Source: Macrostomum hystrix (lineage: Eukaryota > Animalia > Platyhelminthes). From it: DNA of 64,000 nucleotides. Positions within the stretch are counted from its first letter, which is position 1, and the number at the start of each line of letters is the position of its first letter. This document shows positions 21,964 through 33,558 of this stretch, one piece after another. A program made the position numbers and the translations under genes. The stretch is taken from assembly GCA_950097015.1 (NCBI GenBank), contig CATNEN010000002.1:3596001-3660000 (forward strand). The letters run 5' to 3'. The notes beneath the pieces were generated by a model. It was not told the DNA's origin and did not search any database. It was given only the letters and a program-made list of their open reading frames with translations.

Positions 21964-24780
21964 ATGACGGCTTTCGGTGTCAAGCTTCGGTGCCCGAATC
22001 TGTTGTGTGTTTTGAGCGAGTTGGAACAAGCCGGAGCCAGTCCGAAACTGATGAATCGGAAAGTTTCCCGGAAAATTAAGCCGCCACGTGGAGATCCAAA
22101 CAAGATTGTGTGGACACGATCGCTGATCAACCAAGCAGAGACGGATTCTGTCGAGATGCTTTGGTTGATGCAGCGGGTCGGGCTCCATTCAGCTACGTGA
22201 CCTTTTTATTTCAGGCAATCGCTGACGCGAATACTCGAGACCAGAGCTGCTTGAAGGCGATGGACACGGTGGCAGCTAAGAGCAGGTGTACGTAGTAAAG
22301 TACGTCATGCTGAGGATCTCCGATCACCATCTTAGAGTGAATCTCTGCTTCAAGGCAGCCGTGAGTGCAGCTGCTCATTTCAAGTGGCCAGTGATGAAGT
22401 ACTTTGACAACGCAATTGCTGACAAGGAGCTAGAAGAAGCTGTTTGGTCCAGCCTCTGCAAATCCGCAGCAGCCAATATGAGCTGCTCAACTCTGAATGC
22501 CATTCTCAACACGAGAGCAGCTGCTCAGTACTCAAGTAGAGACCCGTCAGCTGATGCCGCAGCCATTCCACCGGACTGGCTCACGAAGGACTCTCCCCTG
22601 CTCGCCTTGCTCTCGCACCTAACCGTCTCTGGGGACAACTCAATCCTGGATTGCACTCTGGCTCAGATGCAGCCAGCTCAGGTGGCACAGCTGCTCTGCC
22701 TCTCCATCAGACGCGGCCACGTTCCACTGGCTGCAACTCTGATCGACTGGAAAATTCAGCTGCGAAAACATCGACCTGCGAGACAGCAGCGGGTCCACAG
22801 CGCTCATGCTGGCAGCGGACGAAGGACACCATGAGCTCATCGAGCAGCTGCTGGACGTCGGTGCGTCAGTGGATGCTGAGGATGTCGTAGGTCGGACGGC
22901 ATTGTTGCGAGCTCGCACAGCGGGTCACGCCAGAGCCTCCAAGGCTCTCACAGACCGAGGAGCCAAGTTGGGTCAGCGAGATGAGCCAAATGAAATTCGC
23001 GAGTCCACAGCTTGTCGAGAGCATTGCAGGATTCTCAGATACGAGCGCATGTACATAAAATATTGCTGGCTTAGCTGTGATTACAGAGATAAATTGCGCA
23101 GAGAGAAAGTGTAAAAATGTATATATGACTGTTTACTTAAACTAGCTACAAATGACTGATCAAACCGCAAGTAACTTTGTCTTTTTGTCGAGTTGACGCA
23201 AAAGCAATGCCTGAATTGTATCACAAAAATCTTGCCTTTTTGTTAAGTGCAGGTCCCCTCCAAATCGGAACAAAAGCCAGTTATCGATCTGTCTTCGCTG
23301 CTCCGCGAGTCAGGATTCACTGAGGAGCGGACCCTCTGTCTCTAGCAGCTGGCTGACAGTCTGGAAGGAGTCGCTCGAGTCCTGGGACAGGCAGATGACG
23401 GGCAGCTTCGCGGAGGGCTGGGCCAACAACCTGCAGCAGGTGAACGGCAGGACCGCGGCAGACTCCGACATTGACTGGACTGTGCTAGAAGCAAGACAGC
23501 GATTTCATCTGGATTGCGGCTGCAACGGACGGAGCGAGATCAGCTGTTACGATGCCGTCAGGCTGAGGTTATAAAAGGCCACGCCATTGTGCAGGTCGGA
23601 TCTGGTGAGTCTGATGAGGCCTATAAGAGGCTGCACCATCATATTCAGATTTAGAACTCTGCGTTTGGAAACGAAGACTAGCAAATTTAGCCTCTTTAGA
23701 AGAAAAAGTAAAGAAATTTTTTTCGCTGAAATTCCCACCTTATTTACCTTAGCTAGTAAATTAGCTCCCCGGAGCTAATATATTGTCCCCGTCAAATTGT
23801 CCCTTCTTAGTTAGAAACTTAATGAGCTGAAGGTGGCAAATAAGGGGGGAAATGCATTGAGTTGCCAAAAATTATAATCTAGCAAGCAAGTTGTCAAACT
23901 TCGTTTGAAAAAATGCCTGTTTGACGAAAATTAATAATTAGTCAGGCAGCCAGCCTGCAGTGTCAACTCCTGCCAGCGGCTCTCGGCCCTCACTAGACAT
24001 CTGCCAAGCGATGCAGTGCTGCAGCGGACTCCGCCCTCTCAGGACGAAGACACTGCTGCCCGAATGCCCACTCATATTCGTCCACCTGGTCCGAGCAACA
24101 AGGCCGAATCAGAGAAACGAGCTCAGGGTCAGCTTCAGCTTTCATGAGAAGAAGATCATGCGAAGTCTGAGTACAGTTCAAGGCCAGCTTTTTTTACTGA
24201 TCAAGTTCATATTTAAGAGATATTTGCCTCGCACGTTGGCAACGCCTGGACTCAAGACCTACCATGCCAAGACTCTGCTCTTCTTTATGCTGGAGAAGCA
24301 CCTCGGCGACGCGAACGAAGCGTGGCAGCCACAGAATCTGGTGGCTCTACTGGAGGAGTCCCTCGACATGATGCTGAGCTTCATCGACTCCAGCATCTCG
24401 CCCGATGAGTGCATGCCGCACTTCTTAATGCCTGACGCTCCGATCTACTTCAAGAACGCTGGAATCGGAGGCGAGTTCGAAAACACGAAGCGGACTGCCG
24501 TCATCGGCGCTGCCGTCTGAGCCGTCATCGGCGCTGCCGTCTGAGCCGTCATCGGCGCTGCCGTCTGAGCCGTCATCGGCGCTGCCGTCTGAGCCGTCAT
24601 CGGCGCTGCCGTCTGAGCCGTCATCTGCGCTGGGTGGGGTGTGGTCCGGATGGGCGGGCAATGAGCCAGGAGCAGACATAGGTGACCGACAGCGTGTGCG
24701 AGCCGCCCTTCGCTTCTGCATGTACTTCCTCATCCAGAGGCACCTGTGATGCTGTGCATCCTGCTCCTCCATATGCAGCT
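21964..24780 (+). pseudogene. Ankyrin-repeat + Mab21/cGAS-like nucleotidyltransferase (cGLR-type) gene, disrupted
   Basis: Ankyrin: NIDLRDSSGSTALMLAADEGHHELIEQLLDVGASVDAEDVVGRTAL (~22770-22960). NTase motif TGSFAEGW...DSDIDW (23398-23478). Mab21 C-lobe ELRVSFSFHEKKIMRSL...LKTYHAKTLLFFMLEK...W...CMPHF (24120-24430). Lesions: frameshift ~22768, TAG 23343, frameshift ~23390, TAA or frameshift ~23572, repeat insertion ~24495. Confidence 0.8.
24495..24625 (+). repeat. 24-bp tandem repeat (GCCGTCATCGGCGCTGCCGTCTGA)n, ~5.5 copies
   Basis: Exact units seen directly. The first unit brings an in-frame TGA (24518-24520) into the Mab21 frame. Confidence 0.95.
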
Positions 24781-25029
24781 GACAGCAGAAACGTGGTGCG
24801 CTGGAATGACCGAAACAAAACTTTACCTTTGTGTCTCATGTTAACAGTGGCACCGTAATTATTACTCTTTTTAGAGGCGAAGCTATTACCCTACAAAACG
24901 TACGGCCAAATGAAAAAGAAGATTCGTGTACATCACTGTACAGTTTAAGTCTCTTGACAACATGCCTATGAAATGCCAACCTAGAACTCTTCATTATCAT
25001 GCAAATAACGAAGGCAATCTTAACATTTG

Positions 25030-25335
25030 TCCGATCTACGTCCGGAATTTTGTCCGGCTCAATTGCGGTTGAACAGGCGGGAGACAAAGCGGATGAAAGT
25101 TCCGGACAAAATACATTTTCGCCCTACTTTCATCCGGACTGAAGTCCGACTTTTCGTCCGCTCTAAGCCGGTCAAAAGTTCGGATCAAATTGCGGATGAG
25201 ATCCGGATCAAAAGTGGCTTGCGAAACCCCTTTGTCCGGATTTGGCCCGGAATTTGTCCCGCATTTTCGTACGGAAAGGAGCCACAAAGCGGACAAAAGC
25301 AGACGAATGGCGGACAAAATCCGGACTAAAAAGCC
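25030..25335. repeat. TCCGGA-rich segment with imperfect inverted motifs (possible MITE)
   Basis: tccggaattttgtccg (~25044) versus cggacaaaatccgga (~25311), plus many internal tccg/cgga motifs. Confidence 0.35.
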
Positions 25336-28279
25336 AAGCGGGCTTGACTTGACAATGGAGAGATCCTTGGCTACCTTCTTCATGCGCATGTTGATAAAAA
25401 ACTGGCAGAATCTCCTGGATGGCCAGTGCGCTCCGAAATCTGCAGTCATAGGAGGATCGCCGGATAACATACTCTGCATGCAATCCAACTCACATTAGAG
25501 TGAATAAACTTCCACCCGAATCTTCCACCCGTAGAACAACAGACCACGGTTTTCCTTTACTGACACTTTAAGACTCCAAATAACACTAACTAATTAGGAC
25601 AGAGACAAATGTAGACCATACAGCGGCGATGGCTAACTAGTCACATGAGTGGGAGCTAGATACTTAGCCTAGTAACTAGTGACTCGCTTCACTCTCCCTG
25701 TTCAAATGAAATTGATACAGCGAAACGATTACGTCCAAATCGGCCTCCAGACACTTCTGAGAAAGAAACTCAGGGGAGAAACGGCTGTAGAGGCCTGCTG
25801 GTGCAGTGGCTTCTAGCGCAGTATCTAGGTCTTTCACCTCAACCCGACGAATGTGGCTGTCGCGCCAAAATCTGTCTCCAGGCTGTGACTTGTGCAGTGG
25901 ATGCCTTGGCAGAGGGCTGCTGGTGCGTCTGGTTCGTCGTCCAAGTTGGTCTTAGTCTCTAGGATCCGTGTGTGGCGAGCTTCCGGGAGGGCTGATGGTA
26001 CAATTTCCTCAGGATTGGCTTCCATTTCAGCCTCATCGGCTGCGGTGGGTCGGATAGTCTCTTGCAGGACTCCGTAGTCGCAGTCTAGCGGAGGCGTGTC
26101 TGGTCGTCGTGACAGCGCGTATCAATATCAATTATCAATATCCCATCCACCATGGATTGGCGATCGGTGACTCAAGTAGAGACTCTTGTTTGTCGATTTC
26201 GCCTAGGACCAATTGCTGATTGTGTCACAGCTCCACGCCATAGAGCAGGATAATGTGGCAGCGCATGTTTCAAGTGCACCGCAAGACCTAGCACAACCAC
26301 CTGCCTGTTGTCACCCAGAAGGCATCAATTTTCTTGTCGGCCATATTCTCCAAAGGCTTCCTCGGGCTAGCCAGATGCTGCAACTGCTAGATGCTGAGCT
26401 CCATTCTGGGTACGCCTGGTGGAAACTCTTTGCTTGTACTATTGACACCAATGAAAACCTTGTACAACTTTCGGATTCTCACAGTCTGTTTATCTCGCTT
26501 GACGATCAAGCAAAAATTCTTTAACAACTCTTTTAATGAATTTTTTCCTAGCCTCCTATTTGTAAAGAGCCACTATTTGACCTTTACGGTCGCTATACAG
26601 TCGCTATAATTGGGACAGGTGTACGCAGCAATTACAAAATATTATTGTTTTGTCGTGCTGTTGGTAACTCTTTTTAGTGAAAAAACGGTTGTATTTTTCA
26701 TTTTACGCTACTGTGAGTAGGCTGCTATGTACGCGCTATTCTTGCGTCTAAACGGCTGCGCTGCTAGTCGCTTGTAATATCGATCGTTAGGTTTTTTGAG
26801 GTTTTAATAAATCTCGTATTAGAAAGACTAATGTGCGCGATCTCGCGTCATTTATTATGTTTGTCTGGTTCAAGCGAACCCACAAATATTGCCTTCCGCG
26901 AAGCAATTTAACAATTATTATTTATCTTTTTCTATGGCCATCTAAATTTCTGCCGTATCTGTATCGATAACCACCATATGTCCGCTTGATTTTATAATGT
27001 GCAATCTTTAGTGAGCAAGCATCAGCATCTCTAAATTTGTGCCCCCAAAGCACTAACAACGAAGCACGATAATTTGGCACTAAGTCGGCGAAAGCAGCAG
27101 CGAGACATCATTTTATTCAATTTATCGTAAATTGCAACGACGAGGAAAAAGAAAAAACTGCGCGAAAACACGATATACTAAATAGAATGGCTGGAATAAA
27201 ATACTCCCACCAGGGAGAAGTGGGTGTACCCCCCAGCGAGACAGGTGAGGGGATCTGTGCGGCGGGGGGATGCGCACAGAGCAAATATGCTTGGACACTA
27301 AAGCCGGTTTGCTTACGTGCGAGCCCAGAGCAAACCGCAGCATTAATGCCCCCAAGGCACGCGCAGTCTTCCTCCTCGTCGAAGACTGCGCGGAGTAAGC
27401 TCCTTGTCGAACACCAGCTGCGGCAAACTTGTCGTGTAGGAAGCAGTCCAGGTGCCTCCCTGTCAGCAGGCGTAAGCCGCCACTTCCGTTGGCATAGGAT
27501 CAAATCGGTGACTCCGCTGACTGCAATCCGCTGGCGCGGATGTGTCGCTCGACTGCAGTCACCGAGCACAGGCTCGCTGCCACGTCAATCTCGGCAGCAG
27601 TGCCATGTGTCTGCGCTCCTTGAATTGGATAGTCTTGCCGAAATCGCAGCGCAACACCAGACCCTGGATGGTACGAGCAGGTCGGCGTGCCGCGAAAGGT
27701 CCAGGCCCTTGCCAGTTCGCAGTAGCAGGCTGTACTTTCGCAGCATTACCCATTAACAGCAGATGGTCACAGCCCAGCAGGCCAGCTGCATTTTATCGGA
27801 TTCGTTCACTAGTCGTCGCATCTCCATCACTGGCCGCTTTCTGTTCACGCGCAGCCGTGGCCGGTTTAGCGCTGTGTAGGAGGAGAACCGCTGAAGCGTG
27901 CTTAGTCAGGTCCGGCGCCGAGTTAATCCTGAAACAGTGATACAGGGAGCTGTAGACGGCCGAGATGCTACTGTAGGCAAGTAGCCGCGTGCCGATCAGG
28001 CTAGCAAAATAGTTCAGCAGACTCGTGACTTGCAAGACACCGGGTCGCAGCCGGTACGGCGGCAGAGACGTGCCACTCGCGCACGTGCCTGTTGACCGCC
28101 TGTGACGACCTCGGTGCGTAGGCGTCGCTCACCAGCGACGCGGCGCGCCCTCTAAGAGAGTCTGATGCAGCTGTGCGGCCCTAAAATTAAGAAAGGAGGC
28201 GGTCGCCGAGCCAAAAGCATGCTGATGCAGTGATTGCAGGATGCTTGGTCACACAAACCATGACAGCGCTTGAATGGTT

Positions 28280-28550
28280 TGTGCCTCATCTCTCCTGTGC
28301 CTCATCTGTACCGTGTCTCATCTCTCCCGTGTCTCATATCTCCCGTGTCTCATCTCTCCCGTGTCTCATCTCTCCTGTGTCTTATCTCTCCTGTGTCTCA
28401 TCTCTCCCGTGTCTCATCTCTCCCGTGTCTCATCTCTCCTGTGTCTTATCTCTCCCGTGTCTCATCTCGCCCGTGTCTCATGTCTCCCGTGTCTCACCAC
28501 TCCCGTGTCTCATCTCTCCTGTATGTCTCATCTCGCCCGTGTCCCCCGTG
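28280..28550 (+). repeat. 16-bp satellite (TCTCTCCCGTGTCTCA)n
   Basis: Period 16. The same family occurs on the opposite strand at 52075-52400. Confidence 0.9.
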
Positions 28551-29283
28551 CTCCCCGCTGTCGTATTCTAAGTTCTCTCTTTGGCCCGCTAGCTAATAAC
28601 TTTGCCTAATCCTGTTTTACACATCTAACCATGAAAAGTCTCGAATTGTTCCATCTTCCATATTTTGCTATTGCTTACAATTTGCGCATTGCTCCAGAAC
28701 TGAGTGGCGCGACCTGCTGGCTATAAATAATTTTTTACTTCGTAGGTGAGCGCTTTATTAACTCGTATGTCAACTGGAATAGTAAAACTACAGAAAAAGT
28801 ATGAAAGGACTATATGTGTACTTAATATATATTTATTTATTACGTAGTAGTACAAGTCTCAGCAAATTACTTATCTTCTTTTACACCAGTGAAAACAATC
28901 GACTAAGTGTAAGCGGCAATGGCTATATAAAAACAATAGTTTCTGTACTCGTCATAAGCTTATGTTGTTATCCCAGGAATTGTCAAACAGTCTAATCGAA
29001 CAAAAAATAAAACACTCGTCCAGAGCCACTTAGAAATACTTATTTATCAAACCAGTAACGCAAGATAATCCAACTCTGTAGGGTAGGCTTTTGATGTGCA
29101 GAAAAACCAAAAAAATACGTCTGCAGAACATAAGACGTTATGGGAAAGAGTCCTACAGCAATTAGCCTGTAGATGCGATAAGAAAATCACCAGTGAACCG
29201 TCTTTCGCACCGCAAAAAGTGTATAAAAAGTTGTGCCAACATAGGTAATCATTATTTCGCTGTCCCACAACAACAGAATAAGC

Positions 29284-30636
29284 ATGAGACTCGTTCTCAT
29301 TTCTGTGCTTGCCCTGTGCACCCTAGCTACTGGCACGGGTCTTGATGAAGCCGTAAGCGAGAGCATTGACAGCAATGCTGAGATCGTGATTAGAACAGAA
29401 GAAACAGCACTCGATTTGTTAGCCAGTCCCACGAACACCAGAGACTTGGGGATCGCGAAGGACTCACTGGCGGCCACGAAGGAGTTCGTTGAGTTCTTTA
29501 ACTCGCAAATCTTCGAGAAAGTTGGAAACGTCACAAAAATAGCCGAGGTTGTTTCGAAGGTGTTCAGCTTTGTCACCTCCATCATCGACCTCATCCAGGG
29601 TGTGCAGGGTGGAGAGTCGGCCGAGATGAAGTTCCTTCGCGAGCAGTTTGCCCAGGTGCACGCCAAGCTCGACAGCATTGCTCTGCAGCTCGATGACGTG
29701 AAGAGGCTGATCGAGTGGCGAACCACTCGAGTGATTTACGCCAACTACGAGACCTTCATCATCGCCGCGAGCTCCATCCTCAACAACTACGTGGCAGCGC
29801 CGGAGACCTCTCGGGAGGTGCTGAAGCGTCAGTTCCTGGCTGCATTCCAGCACAACCCTCTGGCTCCTCTGCACCTGTACCAAGCGATCGTTGAGAAGGA
29901 CTTTGTGATCTCTGAGAACCTCGGTGCTGCAGTGGTTCACTACACCCAGAACCACAGGCGGCACACGATCAACTTCCTGCTGGCCATGCAGCGCCTGATT
30001 ATGAGGGGTGCCCAGCTGGAGATCGCCTACGAGAAGATGGTTCACGGAGATGCTGCCGGAAACGTGGCCAAGACCGTCTGGAATGGCCGCATGGAGAAGC
30101 TTCTTATCCGCATGATGAATCTGGAAAATGAAGTGAAGAACAAGTACCACACCCAGATGAGTTCCGACATTGATCGCGTCATCCTTGACAACAGGCACCT
30201 TAGCAACCAGGACTTCTCCGGTCATATGTACCGCTTCCTCGCTGATAAGTTTGACCATCGTTACTGGTTTTCCCTGGCTTACCAGGATGTGAGCGGAGGT
30301 GACAGGCACTGGGTGTCCTACTGCGGCGGTGATATTCGCTTCAGGACCCACGGAAGCCGCAATGTCGTTCTGGCCAGCGCTGACCCGAAATCCTCCAGGT
30401 TCAGCCAGCCTAGGGGCAACGCCGCTCTTGACGCCGCTCAGCGCGAAGGCTCCGGAGCACACGCCGAGTCGTGGACGAATCTGATTCGCTCCAAGATCGG
30501 CAACAGCTGCTCCGACGCCGCGTTCGTCGGCTCGATCTGCTGGGGCTGCAACGTGTGGTTCACCATGCGCGGAGACCGCTACGTCTACAGGAAGATGAGC
30601 AACCGCGGCGACATCAACACCATCATCTTCGGTTGA
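29284..30636 (+). CDS. Secreted ~450-aa coiled-coil protein, cephalotoxin/rapunzel-like (paralog 1)
   Basis: Uninterrupted ORF with signal peptide MRLVLISVLALCTLATG, an amphipathic/hydrophobic segment, ESAEMKFLREQFAQVHAKLDSI coiled coil, and a C-terminal domain ending IIFG. Family call is by recall only. Confidence 0.9.
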   Translation: MRLVLISVLALCTLATGTGLDEAVSESIDSNAEIVIRTEETALDLLASPTNTRDLGIAKDSLAATKEFVEFFNSQIFEKVGNVTKIAEVVSKVFSFVTSIIDLIQGVQGGESAEMKFLREQFAQVHAKLDSIALQLDDVKRLIEWRTTRVIYANYETFIIAASSILNNYVAAPETSREVLKRQFLAAFQHNPLAPLHLYQAIVEKDFVISENLGAAVVHYTQNHRRHTINFLLAMQRLIMRGAQLEIAYEKMVHGDAAGNVAKTVWNGRMEKLLIRMMNLENEVKNKYHTQMSSDIDRVILDNRHLSNQDFSGHMYRFLADKFDHRYWFSLAYQDVSGGDRHWVSYCGGDIRFRTHGSRNVVLASADPKSSRFSQPRGNAALDAAQREGSGAHAESWTNLIRSKIGNSCSDAAFVGSICWGCNVWFTMRGDRYVYRKMSNRGDINTIIFG

Positions 30637-31474
30637 TGGCATCGAGTATTGTTGTCGGCAGAGTTTTAGGAAATTTTGTGAGAGTAATAATCTGAAACAG
30701 ATTAATAAAGACGTAACAAAATATTTTATTGGTATATCGGCTCTTAAACAAAAACTCAATTTGTTTTTTTAAGGCAAGTGTTTATTTTTTATTATGAATT
30801 TCTTTAGTGCAGTGTCTCTTGCAAAACTATTAATTAAAATTTGTGAATAAAATCTGCTGAACTCAATAATTTACTCCAGTAAAACACAAATGGAGTTTTA
30901 GAAGGCAATAAATTCAAACTAATTGACGGATTTGTCTCGTATGTTTTTCAAATAGTGCTTTGCATTAGCGCTATTTAGGAAAGTTTACATTTTATATTTT
31001 TAATTAGAAAATAGTGATTTTAAATTTTAGGAAATTTAAGAATCTCAAGCGAGTCTCGTTTGATAAATACTTATGTTACTACGAGCGTAACTGTATGGAG
31101 TACAAAAGTATTAAAGTGGCGCTTCTGTAACAGAAGTGAGACACTACAGAGTTTTTTCCTCCGATAATATTTTTTGTTTTTTTGGAATGTAACTTGTAAG
31201 CAGTCGAAAAATGTTCCGTTTGTTCTTAAATATATGTATCCCGTACTTTAGAAAAGTTTTGTAAAAAATCTGCCGTCAATTTCAATAAGCGTTAACTTTA
31301 AAGCAAAGAATATAACGTTGGACTTAAAACACTTAACGGCTTAAATCCATCACCAGCTGTTTATTTATTTAATACGCTCGAAAAAATCTTGAAACCAAAA
31401 GTCCTACTTAGCAGAATAATAAGCGGTGTCTGTTTTTCAGATTATTACATGCTAATTTCACAACAGCATGCATC

Positions 31475-32812
31475 TCAACCGAAGATGATTGTGTTGATGT
31501 CGCCGCGGTTGCTCATCTTCCTGTAGACGTAGCGGTCTCCGCGCATGGTGAACCACACGTTGCAGCCCCAGCAGATCGAGCCGACGAACGCGGCGTCGGA
31601 GCAGCTGTTGCCGATCTTGGAGCGAATCAGATTCGTCCACGACTCGGCGTGGGCTCCGGAGCCCTCGCGCTGAGCGGCGTCAAGAGCGGCGTTGCCCCGA
31701 GCCTGGGTGAAGCGAGTGGATTCGGGATCTGCGCTCGCCACAACAACATTGCGGCTTCCGTGGGTTCTGAAGCGAATATCACCGCCGCAGTAGGACACCC
31801 AGTGCCTGTCGCCTCCGCTCACATCCTGGTAAGCCAGAGAGATCCAGTAACGACGATCGAACTTATCAGCGAGGAAGCGATACATATGACCGGAGAAGTC
31901 CTGGTTGCTAAGGTGCCTGTTGTCAAGGATGACACGGTCGATGTCGGAACTCATCTGAGCGTGAGTCTTGCTCAGGACACCGTTCTCAACCTGCTGCATG
32001 CGCGTAAGCAGCTTTTCCATGCGACCATCCCACAGAGCCTGGGTCACGGTGGCGGCGTGGGTTCCGTGGACCATCTTCTCGTAGGCGATCTCCAGCTGGG
32101 CACCCCTCATGATCAGGCGCTGCATGGCCAGCAGGAAGTTCATCACGTGACGCCTGTGGTTCTGAGTGTAGTGAACGACGGCCACACCGAGGTTGTCAGA
32201 GATTGTGAGGTCAGTCTCCACGATCGCTTGGTACAGCTTCAGCGGGGCGATCGGGTTTTTAGTGAAGGCAGTGAGGAACTGACGCTTCAGAACCTCCCGC
32301 GAGACTGGGTCGTTGGCTGACACGTAGCTGTCCAGCAAGTGAGTAGTGGCAACAATGAAGTTCTCGTAGTTAGCATAGGTCGCACGAGTGGTCTGCCACT
32401 CGATCAGCCTCATCACCTCCTCGATTTTCAGTGAGATGCTGTCTAGCTTGGCGTGGACCTCCTTGAACTGTTCACGCATGAACTTGAGCTCTGGAGACTC
32501 CTGCGCTCCGATGCCAAGGATGAGGTTAATGATCGAGATGACGAAGGACAGGACCTTGGATACGATCTGTGCCACGATGTAGACCTTCGGGAAAGCCTTG
32601 AAGATGTCAGAGTTAAAGATGTCGACAAAGTTTTTGACGGCCTCCAGCGCCTTCTTGGCCGTCTCGAGGTCATCGTTCACTGGCAGCGCCATCATTTCCC
32701 CGGCCGTCTCCTCAATCCTGAGCACCAAGGCGCCATGGTCTTCCTGGTTGGCCACCTCGGTAGCGTAAGCCGCAGCGCACAAGGCGAGAAGTCCCAACAG
32801 AATCAGCTTCAT
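31475..32812 (-). CDS. Secreted 445-aa coiled-coil protein (paralog 2)
   Basis: Signal peptide MKLILLGLLALCAAAYA. Diverged N-terminal half; C-terminal ~160 aa nearly identical to paralogs 1 and 3. Confidence 0.9.
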   Translation of the reverse strand: MKLILLGLLALCAAAYATEVANQEDHGALVLRIEETAGEMMALPVNDDLETAKKALEAVKNFVDIFNSDIFKAFPKVYIVAQIVSKVLSFVISIINLILGIGAQESPELKFMREQFKEVHAKLDSISLKIEEVMRLIEWQTTRATYANYENFIVATTHLLDSYVSANDPVSREVLKRQFLTAFTKNPIAPLKLYQAIVETDLTISDNLGVAVVHYTQNHRRHVMNFLLAMQRLIMRGAQLEIAYEKMVHGTHAATVTQALWDGRMEKLLTRMQQVENGVLSKTHAQMSSDIDRVILDNRHLSNQDFSGHMYRFLADKFDRRYWISLAYQDVSGGDRHWVSYCGGDIRFRTHGSRNVVVASADPESTRFTQARGNAALDAAQREGSGAHAESWTNLIRSKIGNSCSDAAFVGSICWGCNVWFTMRGDRYVYRKMSNRGDINTIIFG

Positions 32813-32859
32813 TGTCCAGGCCTTTCTGCTCTACAATTTCAGCGTTCATATTTTCTAGT

Positions 32860-32870
32860 AAATTTATAGC
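32860..32870 (-). promoter_or_regulatory. Candidate TATA box of paralog 2 (GCTATAAATTT)
   Basis: About 50 nt upstream of the ATG at 32812. The identical 11-mer occurs on the + strand at 33191-33201. Confidence 0.5.
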
Positions 32871-33558
32871 CTCATCTAGAAAATTCGCGTCCCTTCGGCC
32901 AGCAGATTTACTTGTCTCACGGGTTGTCAGACGGATTATTGCACCATTCCGACATTGGGTGGACCCTTCCTGTCAGACAGATTAGGACCGCTGACCACGT
33001 GGTCCAGTCCCAAGGCGAAAGAAACCTTGTGACTGAGTTCGAAGATAAGACTGCTAGAAGAAGCGATTTTTAACAACAGAATTGTTGCTGTCTCTTGACA
33101 TTTTTTGACCCGATACAAAAAGCCACAGTCGAAAGGCTACAGATACAAAAACTTACCATAATATCATACCAAGTCTGTAAACTAGATCAAGCTATAAATT
33201 TAGTGCTTGTTTAGATAATCAAAAATTTCTGAGGCTCATATAAAACCAATCGATGCCAGTAATAACCGGCTCGGACAAGAAACTTTGCAACTTGCATAAT
33301 CCACCTCAAGCACATGGAAAATAGTCAGATGGTGAGTTCCGATCATAAAACTGTCACACAGACTCAAACAGAGAACCATAGGCCCCAGGACAGCGACACT
33401 GCATATCAACTACTCTGACAGGTGATTTCTGGAAAGGAAAAAATACAGAAAATTGACAACTGATAAGAGCTCGAGGTAGCAGATAACTTCAAAGTGATTT
33501 GCTATAAGACAGAACTAACAGGCATTTGTTCTATCCGATCGGCGAACACGAGATAGCC

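Noticed and set aside
24425-24772. Minus-strand ORF with SADDGSDG repeats
   Set aside because: It is the antisense reading of the 24-bp repeat inside the cGLR locus.
25830-28200. GC-rich ORF-containing stretches at 25830-26520 and 27117-28200
   Set aside because: No recognisable domain or consistent exon chain. They may be decayed gene or retroelement sequence but cannot be supported.
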